Positions 21,416 to 32,072 of a stretch of DNA of 62,854 nucleotides are shown here, piece after piece. How positions within the stretch are numbered: the first letter of the stretch is position 1; the number at the start of each line of letters is the position of its first letter. This DNA is from Flavobacteriales bacterium (GTDB lineage Bacteria > Bacteroidota > Bacteroidia > Flavobacteriales > Flavobacteriaceae), in the NCBI GenBank assembly GCA_024641135.1, contig JAHEDS010000007.1:1-62854 (forward strand), in the 5' to 3' direction. The notes beneath the pieces are model-generated. The model was not told where the DNA came from, did not search any database, and worked only from the letters and a program-made list of their open reading frames with translations. Position numbers and translations under genes: made by a program.

Positions 21416-22861
21416 TTATGAATCTAAATCAAAAGTCTCAGTAGGATTTTTGTCAGTTTGATAATCTAACATATTCTCTCCATTAGCAATGATAGAACAA
21501 ACTGTAGCATCTCCTGTAACATTTACAACAGTTCTAAACATGTCTAAAATTCTATCAACCGGAAATATGATAGCAATCCATGCTGGGTTTAGACCTACAG
21601 AATCTAGTACAATGATTAGCATAACCAAACCAGCGCTTGGAACGGCTGCCGATCCAATAGATGCTAAAGTTGTGGTTAATACAATTGTTAATTGCTGCCC
21701 AACAGTTAAATCAATCATATGAAGTTGCGCTAAAAATATAACCGCAACGGCTTGATATAAACTAGTTCCATCCATATTAACCGTAGCTCCAATAGGTAAA
21801 ACAAAGCTACTTACTTTTTTATCTACACCCAAGTTTTGCTCGACACACTCCATGGTTACTGGTAATGTAGCAGCACTACTAGATGTTGAAAATGCCAATG
21901 TTTGAGCTGGACTCATAGCCTTGAAAAAACCTGTATATGGAATCTTTTTTACAAACGATTTCAAAATTGTTGGATAAACAATAAAGATCATGATTAATAG
22001 ACCAATTAAAACGGTTAATGAATACCAGCTTAATCCTTTAAATATTTCTACAACCTTACCAATGTCATCACCAGCCATTTTACTCACAACACCCGCTAAT
22101 AAAGCAAACACAAAAAATGGAGCTGCCTGCATAACTAAGTCTACCATTTTTAAAAACACCTCATTAATCCCATCAACTAAAGTTAAAACAGGTTGTGATT
22201 TTTCATTGGGAATAAACAGTAAACAAACACCAAAAAATATGGCAAAAAAGATGATTTGCAACATTAAACCATTATTGGAAAGCGAATAAAAAAAGTTGTC
22301 TGGGACAATATCCACCAACGGCTGTAAAGGTGTAGTTTCAAGTCGTTTATTAGCATTATCTAATTTATCGGATAAAGATGCTTCTTTTATTTCGGAATGT
22401 GATAATTCTGATATTTCCTTTGCACGTTCAAAAAATTTAGGGTCTTGAAGGTAATTAATACCATCTTTTATTTGATACCCTTGAGAAGAAGCCCAGATTT
22501 CATAATTAATTCTATTGTCAATTCTACTTTGCTCGTCAATTAACTTTCCTGGTTTAATAGTGTTTACTAACAATAAACCTAATGAAATAGCCAAAACCGT
22601 TGTAACAAGATAAATGAGAAGTGTTTTCCCTCCCATTCTACCTAAGCTAGCTGGATCGCCTATATTTGCGACACCGCTAATTATAGAGAATAACACTAAG
22701 GGTACTGCAATTAATTTTAAAAGATTTATAAAAATGGTGCCAAAAGGATCAATCCAATCAATGGTAAACGCACTCCATCCAAGCGAACTTGACAATAATG
22801 CCCAAATAATTCCAAGAACCATTCCAATAAGAATTTTCCAATGTAATGCGAGTTTTTTCAT
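21416..22861 (-). CDS. Dicarboxylate/amino acid:cation symporter (GltP/DAACS family)
   Basis: AFSTSSSAATLP, GATVNMDGT and DRILDMFRTVVNVTGD. Confidence 0.95.
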   Translation of the reverse strand: MKKLALHWKILIGMVLGIIWALLSSSLGWSAFTIDWIDPFGTIFINLLKLIAVPLVLFSIISGVANIGDPASLGRMGGKTLLIYLVTTVLAISLGLLLVNTIKPGKLIDEQSRIDNRINYEIWASSQGYQIKDGINYLQDPKFFERAKEISELSHSEIKEASLSDKLDNANKRLETTPLQPLVDIVPDNFFYSLSNNGLMLQIIFFAIFFGVCLLFIPNEKSQPVLTLVDGINEVFLKMVDLVMQAAPFFVFALLAGVVSKMAGDDIGKVVEIFKGLSWYSLTVLIGLLIMIFIVYPTILKSFVKKIPYTGFFKAMSPAQTLAFSTSSSAATLPVTMECVEQNLGVDKKVSSFVLPIGATVNMDGTSLYQAVAVIFLAQLHMIDLTVGQQLTIVLTTTLASIGSAAVPSAGLVMLIIVLDSVGLNPAWIAIIFPVDRILDMFRTVVNVTGDATVCSIIANGENMLDYQTDKNPTETFDLDS

Positions 22862-22900
22862 GTGTTTTTTCTTTTGTATTAAAATACCATATAATTTTTT

Positions 22901-22966
22901 TAGCCCTGATAGAAGCGATATCCTTTTGCTGCGGCAAAAGATTAAGCTGAAAGCAGGAAAAAGCTA
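22901..22966 (+). ncRNA. Structured intergenic RNA or repeat, resembling the Flavo-1 RNA motif
   Basis: GC-richer element with nested stems TAGC/GCTA, CCTG/CAGG, AGC/GCT and CTTTTGC/GCAAAAG, plus purine-rich internal loops. Family and strand are from recall, not a covariance search. Confidence 0.55.
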
Positions 22967-24028
22967 CAAATGAGCTACTTTATTTTGTAACCAAAAATCT
23001 GCTATTACTAAGGCAGCCATAGCTTCAACGATAGGAACGGCTCTGGGAACAACACACGGATCATGGCGCCCTTTTCCCTGCATTTCAACCGTATTACCAC
23101 TTTTATCTATGGTTTCATATTTTTGAATAAGTGTAGCTACAGGTTTAAATGCCACATTAAAATAGATATCCATACCATTACTAATTCCGCCCTGAATACC
23201 TCCAGAAAAGTTTGTTTTAGTAGTTCCATCATTATTAAAAGCATCGTTATGTTGGCTGCCGAACATGGTACTACCTTCAAAACCACTACCGTATTCAAAG
23301 CCTTTAACAGCATTAATAGATAGCATAGCCTTACCTAACTCTGCGTGCAATTTGTCAAATACCGGTTCCCCAAGTCCCACGGGTACATTTTTTATGACAC
23401 AACTTACAATGCCTCCAACGGTATCTCCTTTTCCCCTAACATCTTTTATATAAGATTCCATTTTAGCTGCCATTTCAGCATCAGGACATCTTACAATGTT
23501 TGTTTCAGTTTTAGATAAATCTAATTCTGTATAATGCTTATTAATTTTTAAGGTTCCAACTCCAGAAACGTACGCTTTAATTACTATACCTTTAAGCATT
23601 TGTTTGGCTATCGCACCAGCAACTACCCGGCATGCCGTTTCTCTAGCAGAACTTCTTCCACCACCTCTATAATCTCTAAAACCATATTTTTTATCATAAA
23701 CATAATCGGCATGACTTGGTCTGTAACTATCTTTTATATGAGTGTAATCGTGGGATTTCTGATTTGTATTTTCAATTATAAAACCGATAGACATACCTGT
23801 TGTTTTACCTTCAAAAATTCCAGAATGAAATTTTACAATATCTGGTTCTTTTCTTTGCGTAACAATGGAAGATTGCCCTGGCTTCCTTCTATCTAATTCT
23901 TGTTGAACAGCCTCTACATTTAATTCTATTCCAGATGGACAACCATCAATAACACCCCCTAATGCTGGTCCGTGTGATTCTCCATAGGTAGTCAGAGTAA
24001 AAAGTTTCCCAAAAGAATTTCCTGCCAT
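22964..24028 (-). CDS. aroC: Chorismate synthase
   Basis: GESHG, RPSHAD, RSSARET and RHDPC motifs. Confidence 0.98.
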   Translation of the reverse strand: MAGNSFGKLFTLTTYGESHGPALGGVIDGCPSGIELNVEAVQQELDRRKPGQSSIVTQRKEPDIVKFHSGIFEGKTTGMSIGFIIENTNQKSHDYTHIKDSYRPSHADYVYDKKYGFRDYRGGGRSSARETACRVVAGAIAKQMLKGIVIKAYVSGVGTLKINKHYTELDLSKTETNIVRCPDAEMAAKMESYIKDVRGKGDTVGGIVSCVIKNVPVGLGEPVFDKLHAELGKAMLSINAVKGFEYGSGFEGSTMFGSQHNDAFNNDGTTKTNFSGGIQGGISNGMDIYFNVAFKPVATLIQKYETIDKSGNTVEMQGKGRHDPCVVPRAVPIVEAMAALVIADFWLQNKVAHL

Positions 24029-24103
24029 AAAATGTATTTTGTTGCTAATGTATATTTATTCTATTAGAAACAAAAATTGTAACCCCTTAATTCATTAAAA
24101 AAA

Positions 24104-27025
24104 TTAAACCAATGCACGTCTTAAAATGGTTATTGGATGTAAGGCTTCCCGTTGTGTTCCATCTTTTATTTGGTGCCTACAACTGGTTCCATTAGCTGAT
24201 ATTAGAGTTTCCTTTGAAGCATTTTTGATAGCAGGAAACAAAACCTGATTACCGATTGTCATACTAACTTCATAGTGTTCTTTTTCATATCCAAAACTCC
24301 CTGCCATTCCGCAGCAACCACTTGGTATGATTGTGACACTATAGTTTTTTGGTAAATTTAAGACACTAAAACTTGAAGATTGATTTAATAGTGCTTTTTG
24401 ATGACAATGACCATGAAATTTTATAGTTTTTTCTGTCAAAGTAAACTGTTCTGATCTAATATTACCAATTTCAATTTCTTGTTGAATAAATTCTTCAATT
24501 AAATAAGTATATTTTGCAATGTTAGATGCCGCTGTTTTATCATTTGCCAATCTTAAATATTCATCTTTAAAGGTTAAAATAGCAGATGGTTCTATACCTA
24601 ATAATGGCGTTTCTTTTGATATTTTATTTTTAAATATCGACACGTTTTTATTAGCCAAATTTTTCGCTTGCTCCAAAAGTCCTTTTGACAAAAAAGCGCG
24701 ACCAGATTCAAAATGATTTATAACTTCAACATTATAATTTAATTCAGTTAATAATTCAAATGCATCAAGACCAATTTGAGTGTCCAGAAAGTTTGTAAAT
24801 TCGTCGTTAAAAAGAAAAACAGTCTTAATATAATTATTTTTAACTTCTTGTTTATTAGGTGCTTTTAATATTTTATTTAAACTTTTATTTGAAATAGAAG
24901 GCAAGCTTCTTTTTGTTGATATTCTTAATGACTTTTTTATTAATGAGGATGTAAATTCATTTGAATATATATAATTAAAAACTCGAGGAAATAAACTTCC
25001 TAGTTTATTAAATTGATTATTGTAAGCAAATAATTTTGCTCTTAAAGGCACTCCATTTGCTTTTTGATATTGGAATAGAAACTCAGCCTTTAAACTAGCA
25101 ACATCAACACTACTAGGGCATTCACTAGCACAAGCTTTACAGCTTAAACATAAATCAAAAACTTCTTTTAATTCTGAATGATTAAATCGATTCACTTTCT
25201 CTGAATGGGTTAAAAACTCCCGCAATGCATTGGCCCTCGCACGAGTTGTATCCTTTTCTTTTCTGGTAGCTCTATAACTTGGACACATGGTTCCTCCAAA
25301 CTCTGGTAATTTTCTGCAATCACCCGATCCATTACATTTTTCAGTTTCACGAAGAATTCCCATGGAATCAGTAAAATCTAAAAGTGTATTAATCTCCGGT
25401 TCTATTCTATCTGGTTCATAACGCAACGATTTGTCCATTGGAAACGGATCTACAATTTTACCCGGATTGAATATGTTATCGGGATCAAAAGCGCTTTTTA
25501 TTCGCTTTAAAATGTTGTAATTTGAATCTCCAATCATTAAAGAAATAAATTCGGCTCTCACTATACCATCTCCGTGTTCACCACTAAAAGACCCATTATA
25601 TTTTTTTACCAAATGTGCTACATCCGTAGTTATTTTTCTAAATAACTGGACATCTTCAGATTTTTTTAAATTAAGAATGGGACGCAAATGTAATTCACCT
25701 GCTCCGGCATGTGCATAATAAATTGCATTTTGATTGTAGCTTTTCATTAAAGCCGTGAACTCATTTATATAATTCGCTAAGTCTGGTAAAGCTACCGCAG
25801 TATCTTCAATACAAGCCGCCGATTTTTTATCTCCAATTATATTTCCTAATAATCCTAACCCAGCACTTCTTAACTGCGCTGCTTTATCAATGTTTTCACT
25901 AAGTAATTTAGGATAAGCATAACTTAAACCTGTGCCCATTAAATCTTTAATTAAGGCTTCTGCCTTTGTATTCGCTTCAAAGACTGTATCTCCTTTTACT
26001 TCACACATTAAAATTGCCTTTGGGTCACCCTCAATAAATTTGCGATTTTCTTGTTGCGCTTTGTTATACTTAGTGCAATCTAAAATGGTTTTATCCATCA
26101 TCTCACAAGTATACAAATCATGTGTCATAAGCATTTCAACCGCAGCCATACAGTTTTCTATACTTTCAAAATGTGCCAATACCATTACGGATTCTTTTAT
26201 TGGAACCCTATCTAGCTTAAGTTTTATTTTGGTTGTGAATGCCAATGTTCCCTCGCTACCTGAAAGTAACTGACACATATTAAAAGGATCGTTATTATTT
26301 GAAAATACTTCTGATTTTATTAACTCATCAATCGCATAACCAGTGTTTCTTCTATGTATTTCTGGCTTAGGAAAGTTTTTAATAATATTTTCTGTTACGC
26401 CATCAGATGACAATTCAGTATAAATTGTTTTATAAATATGCCCTTCTAATGTGTTTTCGTTCGATTTTTCAAAAAACTGGTCCTTAGATAAATTCTTAAA
26501 AACCGCTTCACTTCCATCACTCAAAATAGCTTGTAACTCTAATACTTTATCTCTTGTTACTCCATATTTAATTGAGGTGGTTCCCGAAGAATTATTTCCA
26601 ACCATTCCGCCAATCATACATCTATTTGACGTTGAAGTATTAGGACCAAAAAATAACCCAAAGGGTTTTAAATAATTATTTAATTCATCTCGAACAACGC
26701 CAGGCTGAACAGTTACTGTTTGCTCTTTTTCATTAATATCTAAAATTCTAGTGAAATATTTAGAAACATCTACTACAATGCCATTTCCTACGCATTGACC
26801 TGCCAAAGAAGTTCCAGCTGTTCTCGGAATTATCGACGTGTTGTGTCTTTTAGCAAAAGATATTATGTTTTTAATATCATCAGTGTTTTTTGGATAAGCA
26901 ACAGCCAACGGAAGTATTCTGTAAACAGAAGCATCAGTTGCATAAATTGATTTCATTAAATCATCATAAAATAATTCTCCCGAAAGGTTTTTTTGTAACG
27001 TCTGCAAATGAGATGTTAAGCTCAT
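24104..27025 (-). CDS. FAD-linked, Fe-S 2-hydroxyacid oxidoreductase (GlcD+GlcF fusion, YdiJ-like)
   Basis: AGTSLAGQ, GSEGTL, GEHGDG, 4Fe-4S motifs (CNGSGDC, CLSCKACASECP) and CCG motif (GCCGMAGSFG). Confidence 0.9.
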   Translation of the reverse strand: MSLTSHLQTLQKNLSGELFYDDLMKSIYATDASVYRILPLAVAYPKNTDDIKNIISFAKRHNTSIIPRTAGTSLAGQCVGNGIVVDVSKYFTRILDINEKEQTVTVQPGVVRDELNNYLKPFGLFFGPNTSTSNRCMIGGMVGNNSSGTTSIKYGVTRDKVLELQAILSDGSEAVFKNLSKDQFFEKSNENTLEGHIYKTIYTELSSDGVTENIIKNFPKPEIHRRNTGYAIDELIKSEVFSNNNDPFNMCQLLSGSEGTLAFTTKIKLKLDRVPIKESVMVLAHFESIENCMAAVEMLMTHDLYTCEMMDKTILDCTKYNKAQQENRKFIEGDPKAILMCEVKGDTVFEANTKAEALIKDLMGTGLSYAYPKLLSENIDKAAQLRSAGLGLLGNIIGDKKSAACIEDTAVALPDLANYINEFTALMKSYNQNAIYYAHAGAGELHLRPILNLKKSEDVQLFRKITTDVAHLVKKYNGSFSGEHGDGIVRAEFISLMIGDSNYNILKRIKSAFDPDNIFNPGKIVDPFPMDKSLRYEPDRIEPEINTLLDFTDSMGILRETEKCNGSGDCRKLPEFGGTMCPSYRATRKEKDTTRARANALREFLTHSEKVNRFNHSELKEVFDLCLSCKACASECPSSVDVASLKAEFLFQYQKANGVPLRAKLFAYNNQFNKLGSLFPRVFNYIYSNEFTSSLIKKSLRISTKRSLPSISNKSLNKILKAPNKQEVKNNYIKTVFLFNDEFTNFLDTQIGLDAFELLTELNYNVEVINHFESGRAFLSKGLLEQAKNLANKNVSIFKNKISKETPLLGIEPSAILTFKDEYLRLANDKTAASNIAKYTYLIEEFIQQEIEIGNIRSEQFTLTEKTIKFHGHCHQKALLNQSSSFSVLNLPKNYSVTIIPSGCCGMAGSFGYEKEHYEVSMTIGNQVLFPAIKNASKETLISANGTSCRHQIKDGTQREALHPITILRRALV

Positions 27026-27172
27026 AATTTTAATAACTATGTTTATAAATCAAATAGAAAGTTAAATATAATTACATTTTTGACGTTATTTTTGAATAAA
27101 TAAAAAGAATTTTAAAATGGGCTTTTTTATTATATGGCTCGTATATCAAAAAGAATAAAAAACTAATAACTT

Positions 27173-27661
27173 ATGAAAAAATTATTTTTAATAGCCTTAA
27201 TTTTTATTGGCTTTACAACTTTATCAAATGCTCAAACTATTTCTGAAAATGCCATTGGTTTGCGTCTTGGAGATAGTGATGGTATGGGAGCTGAAATCTC
27301 ATATCAACGCGCCTTAGGAGATAACAACCGATTAGAATTCGACTTAGGCTGGAGAAATGGTAATGATTATGATGGATTTAAACTAACTGCTTTATATCAA
27401 TGGGTATTTAATTTAGAGGGATCTTTTAACTGGTATGCTGGTGCCGGTGGTGGATTAGGTTCATTTGATGGAAAAAATGACTTAAAAGATTACAATGACA
27501 CCTTTATTTATGCAGCAGGTAATATTGGAATTGAATATGCTTTTGATATCCCATTATTATTATCTTTAGATTTGAGACCTGAGTTAGGGTTTGGAAACGA
27601 TAATTTGAATAACAATGATTTAGATTTTGATATCGCCTTCAGTATACGCTATCAATTCTAA
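27173..27661 (+). CDS. Small outer-membrane beta-barrel protein
   Basis: Signal peptide, amphipathic strands and terminal RYQF beta-signal. Confidence 0.75.
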   Translation: MKKLFLIALIFIGFTTLSNAQTISENAIGLRLGDSDGMGAEISYQRALGDNNRLEFDLGWRNGNDYDGFKLTALYQWVFNLEGSFNWYAGAGGGLGSFDGKNDLKDYNDTFIYAAGNIGIEYAFDIPLLLSLDLRPELGFGNDNLNNNDLDFDIAFSIRYQF

Positions 27662-27680
27662 TTTATAAAATCACATAATT

Positions 27681-27707
27681 AAAAAAGCGCCTAAAAGGCG
27701 CTTTTTT
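27681..27707. terminator. Bidirectional intrinsic terminator
   Basis: AAAAAAGCGCCT-AAA-AGGCGCTTTTTT between convergent genes. Confidence 0.9.
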
Positions 27708-27724
27708 ATTATTTAAAATATAGC

Positions 27725-28861
27725 TTAAAGCACCAAACATTTTGATAATGTATCTATATAAACAGCTTCATATTGAGGTACTATTTTATGAAGATCGAAT
27801 TTTAAAGCTTCCTTACGTGCATTGGTTTTAAAAGTCTCAAGTCGTTTTTTATCTTTTAAAATATAAAGAGCATTTTTAGACATATCTTCCACATCACCAA
27901 CATTACTTAAAAATCCTGTAACGCCATGAATATTAACTTCTGGAATACCCCCTGTATTACTTGAAATAACGGCAACACTTGAAGCCATCGCTTCTAATGC
28001 CGCCAAACCAAAACTCTCTGTTTCAGATGGTAATAGAAACAAATCACTAAAGCATAATATCTTATCTATTTCATTACTTTTTCCAAAGAAAATAACCTTA
28101 TCTAAAATTCCTAATTTTTGACATTGAAGCTCTATTTTCTCACGCTCAGGACCTTCGCCAACTAACATTAATTTAGCAGGTATCTCCTTTTGAATATTAT
28201 AAAAAACAGTAATTACATCCTGAACACGTTTAACCGGTCTAAGATTACTAATATGGGTAATGATTCTTTCTTCATCATTTGCCATCATAGCACGCTGGCA
28301 ATCGTTGAAATTGTTACTATACTTATCTAAATCAATAAAGTTTGGTACTACAGTAATATCCTTTTTAATATCAAATAATCGCAAAGTATCTTCTTTTAAA
28401 CTTTGCGAAACAGCTGTCACTGCATCAGATTTATTGATACTAAATGTAACGGCCGGTTTATAAAACGGATGACTTCCAACAAGGGTTATATCGGTTCCAT
28501 GCAAGGTTGTTACAATGGGCACAAAAACACCTTCTTCCTGCAACATTTTTTTTGCCATATAAGCAGCATATGCATGAGGAATAGCATAATGTACGTGTAA
28601 AATTTCAATTTTATGAAGTTTTACCATATCAACCAATTTACTGGATAAAGCCAGTTCATAAGGTTGATAGTGAAATAAAGGGTATTCAGCCACAGTTACC
28701 TCATGATAGTGCACATTATTACTTAATAACTCCAGTCTAACAGGTTGATTATAGGTTATGAAATGAATTTCATGTCCTCGCTTAGAAAGCTCTAAACCAA
28801 GCTCCGTGGCAACAACTCCACTTCCACCAAATGTTGGGTAACAAACAATTCCTATTATCAT
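27725..28861 (-). CDS. bshA: N-acetyl-alpha-D-glucosaminyl L-malate synthase
   Basis: CYPTFGGSGVVATELG, HVHYAIPHA, TTLHGTD and ESFGLAALEAM. Confidence 0.95.
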   Translation of the reverse strand: MIIGIVCYPTFGGSGVVATELGLELSKRGHEIHFITYNQPVRLELLSNNVHYHEVTVAEYPLFHYQPYELALSSKLVDMVKLHKIEILHVHYAIPHAYAAYMAKKMLQEEGVFVPIVTTLHGTDITLVGSHPFYKPAVTFSINKSDAVTAVSQSLKEDTLRLFDIKKDITVVPNFIDLDKYSNNFNDCQRAMMANDEERIITHISNLRPVKRVQDVITVFYNIQKEIPAKLMLVGEGPEREKIELQCQKLGILDKVIFFGKSNEIDKILCFSDLFLLPSETESFGLAALEAMASSVAVISSNTGGIPEVNIHGVTGFLSNVGDVEDMSKNALYILKDKKRLETFKTNARKEALKFDLHKIVPQYEAVYIDTLSKCLVL

Positions 28862-28915
28862 AATCTCTATTTTTTTAGTATTAAAACTTTATAAATTTTA
28901 AACACCAATATTATT

Positions 28916-31834
28916 TTAATCTTCTATTGCTTCATAAATTAAGCGCTGAATTTCAGTCCTTATATTTTCTCTTAAAAGTAAATTTTGACCTGCATTAGGA
29001 TATGTTCTATTTGCTAAAAACACATATACAATTTCCTTTTCTGGATCTGCCCAGGCATAAGTTCCTGTAAAACCAGAATGCCCAAAACTTGTCATAGACA
29101 CACACCCACATGTTGGCCCTTCTACTTCTAACTGGGGTTTATCAAATCCTATTCCACGCCTATTATCTTTATCACAAAAATAGCAAGTATTAAATTTATC
29201 CATAGTTTCTGGCTTAAAATATCGCGTTCCGCCATAAAAACCCTTTTGCAAATACATCTGCATAATTTTAGCAATATCATTGGTATTACTAAATATACCT
29301 GCATGACCACCTACTCCATTTTGCATGGCAGCTCCCATATCGTGAACAAAACCATGAACTTCCTCAAATCTATAATAATCGTCTATTTCAGTAGGTACAA
29401 TATCTTTATCACTTATTTTATGATACGGATTATACATGGTTAAATTCGCTCCTAATGATTCATAAAAATGGTCTTGAACTAATTCATCTAACCCCTTGCG
29501 ATAATATGATTCAATATATTTCTTTAAAATATAGTAAGGCAAATCACTGTATTTATATCTTAACCTGCTTAACAGCTTACTATCTTTAATAATACCTTGG
29601 ATGGAATCTTTATAATCGTTTCTCAGAAACAAATTATGGGTTACTTCTATATTAAATTTACTACTTGGAAAGTTTCTATAATATTTCCCACTAGGTTTTT
29701 TAGTAACGGGATCTAAAGTTGCTACATAAAACGGAATCCAAGGTGACAATCTCGCATAGTGCGATAACATTTGCTTGATTGTAACATTCTTTTTATTTGA
29801 ATTTTTATATTCGGGAAGTAATTTTGAAAGCTTTTCATCTAAATTAACAATACCCTGTTCTTCCAATTCCATTAACAAGGGCAGAGTCGCTAAGATTTTC
29901 GTTAAAGAGGCAACATCATAAATATCGTTCGATGTTACTATTTCATTACCTTCGTAGGTATGCTTACCGAAGTTTTTATTATAAATAACTTTTCCTTTTC
30001 TAGCTATAAGTAACTGAATTCCTGGTGTCATTTTATTATCTACAGCATACTGAGCGACAGAATCCACTTTTTCTAATTTTTTTGAACTCATCCCTGCTCT
30101 TTCAGGTATAGTATAACTTAATCGTTTCAGGTCATTATTTTTTATTCCGTCACCTGCCTTAAAAAATTCTCCTACTGAAACTGGTAAATCTCCTTTAGAA
30201 GGAATGGCTCCAAATATTAATTGTGCCGATTTTCGTTGTGCAATTTCACTGTTTTGATAACTAACGACTATACTCTCAATATTTTCTATCGTTTTAATAT
30301 CTGCCAAGGCATATGGTTTTACAAAAGCATCTAAAATAACATCATGTGTTCTAGCTATTTCATACAACCAAACCATATCCTGATCTGAAAACTCAAAACT
30401 CTTCCATGGACTATCATTAGATCTATGAAACCCAATAATAACTGTATTATATGATTTCAGTTGGGTTAATAAGTCATCAAGCTTTTCTGCTTTTACTTCA
30501 TGAACTTTTCCATATTTTTTTAATTCTTCTAGAAATGATGAACCATCATCGTCACCCAATTTTACATAGGCTATTGTTTTAGTTTCTAATTTGCGAATCG
30601 GAATTATATCTGATTTGTTTTTTAATATTGTTAAAGCATTTTCTAAAAGGTCTTCATACAACCCTTGATCTTTAATTCTATTTAAATCTGCGGCTAAATT
30701 TTTTATTTCAATGGGTTTATAATGATTTAACCCTACTTTATACTTAGCTTTTAATATTTTTTTTACTGAATATTCCAGACGTGCTTCCGAAATTTTACCT
30801 TCATAATAAGCATCCATAATTTTAGTAATTCCATTAGGAGGGTTTTCAGATATTAATAAAATATCATTACCCGCTAAAAAAGCAGCTAAATCTATTTCGC
30901 CTGATTTATCAAAATTTGATACACCTTTCATATTTAAAGCATCAGAAATAATAAGCCCATTAAAGCCAAGTGACTCTTTTAAGATATCAGTAACTATATG
31001 ATTCGATAATGATGACGGGTAGTTTGGTCTTTTTTCTAATCCAGGAACATTTAAATGAGCTACCATTATACTAGAAAGACCTTCTTTGATGAGTTTTGAG
31101 TAAGGGTATATTTCGACCGAATCAATTCGTTTTTCATCAAAATCAATCGTTGGAAGCGTTTTATGGGAATCCATTTCGGTATCACCATGTCCCGGAAAAT
31201 GTTTTGCATTTGCCAAGACACCCGCGCTTTGCATACCATTCATAAATGATATCGCTTTTTTAGTAACGTTATCTCTACCTTCTCCAAAAGAACGATTCCC
31301 AATAATTGGGTTTTTAGGATTGGTATTTATATCAACCACCGGGGCAAAATTCAAATGCACACCTAAACGCTTACAATGTTCTCCTATTTGTTTTCCAGCT
31401 TGCTCAATTAGCAAATTATCTTTAATTGCTCCAAGAGTCATATTCCAGGGGAATGCAAAGGTAGAATCTAAACGCATATTCAAACCCCATTCCGCATCCA
31501 TGCTAACTAAAATTGGAATTCTAGAAAGACTTTGTAATTCATTATCTAATTTTGCTTGTCTTACTGGGCCACCTTGAGAGTATATAATCCCACCAATATG
31601 AAAATCTTTTATTAATTGGATTTTTTCTTGTTTAGTAATTTCATCCTGATTAGAAAATACTTGAATTGTATATAGTTGTCCTACTTTTTCTTTAAGTGTT
31701 AAGGTATTGTAAATGCTATCAACCCACTTTTTTTGAGCTACAACATCTGTAGTTAAAAGAGGATCTTTAATATTTTGTGCCATCACAAAATTGAAAACAA
31801 AAAATAAAGAAACAGTATATTTTATTTGACGCAT
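28916..31834 (-). CDS. GH3 beta-N-acetylglucosaminidase fused to a beta-lactamase-fold serine hydrolase
   Basis: NagZ motif KHFPGHGDTEMDSH and ISDAL. C-terminal ASLTK (SxxK), YSD and GHSGFTG. Signal peptide. Confidence 0.92.
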   Translation of the reverse strand: MRQIKYTVSLFFVFNFVMAQNIKDPLLTTDVVAQKKWVDSIYNTLTLKEKVGQLYTIQVFSNQDEITKQEKIQLIKDFHIGGIIYSQGGPVRQAKLDNELQSLSRIPILVSMDAEWGLNMRLDSTFAFPWNMTLGAIKDNLLIEQAGKQIGEHCKRLGVHLNFAPVVDINTNPKNPIIGNRSFGEGRDNVTKKAISFMNGMQSAGVLANAKHFPGHGDTEMDSHKTLPTIDFDEKRIDSVEIYPYSKLIKEGLSSIMVAHLNVPGLEKRPNYPSSLSNHIVTDILKESLGFNGLIISDALNMKGVSNFDKSGEIDLAAFLAGNDILLISENPPNGITKIMDAYYEGKISEARLEYSVKKILKAKYKVGLNHYKPIEIKNLAADLNRIKDQGLYEDLLENALTILKNKSDIIPIRKLETKTIAYVKLGDDDGSSFLEELKKYGKVHEVKAEKLDDLLTQLKSYNTVIIGFHRSNDSPWKSFEFSDQDMVWLYEIARTHDVILDAFVKPYALADIKTIENIESIVVSYQNSEIAQRKSAQLIFGAIPSKGDLPVSVGEFFKAGDGIKNNDLKRLSYTIPERAGMSSKKLEKVDSVAQYAVDNKMTPGIQLLIARKGKVIYNKNFGKHTYEGNEIVTSNDIYDVASLTKILATLPLLMELEEQGIVNLDEKLSKLLPEYKNSNKKNVTIKQMLSHYARLSPWIPFYVATLDPVTKKPSGKYYRNFPSSKFNIEVTHNLFLRNDYKDSIQGIIKDSKLLSRLRYKYSDLPYYILKKYIESYYRKGLDELVQDHFYESLGANLTMYNPYHKISDKDIVPTEIDDYYRFEEVHGFVHDMGAAMQNGVGGHAGIFSNTNDIAKIMQMYLQKGFYGGTRYFKPETMDKFNTCYFCDKDNRRGIGFDKPQLEVEGPTCGCVSMTSFGHSGFTGTYAWADPEKEIVYVFLANRTYPNAGQNLLLRENIRTEIQRLIYEAIED

Positions 31835-32072
31835 AATTATGGATTAATCGTAGTTCTTTATATCGCTTTTATATATGTAAAAAACCATGCGAAATTAACA
31901 CTTTTATAAAGAAGAATAAAAGACTTTAAGATAGAATTATAACATGAAAGTAAAAAACCTAATCGATTATAAATTTTATCTCCCATTTGACATTTTGTGT
32001 CTTAATTTTAAAACCAATGACAGGAAGAGTTATCGAACGAAAAATTTAAATTAAAAGCTTTTGACGAACTTA

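Noticed and set aside
22901-22966. Canonical hammerhead ribozyme
   Set aside because: The core reads CUGAUAGA rather than CUGANGA, stem III would be only 3 bp and stem I is not contiguous.
28916-30130. Beta-lactam resistance gene
   Set aside because: The SxxK domain is the C-terminal part of a GH3 fusion, typical of cell-wall recycling hydrolases. There is no evidence for resistance.
31876-31892. Sigma54-like element upstream of the GH3 gene (TCGCAT-GGTTT-TTTA, minus strand)
   Set aside because: It lacks the invariant GG and the -12 GC, so it is too degenerate.
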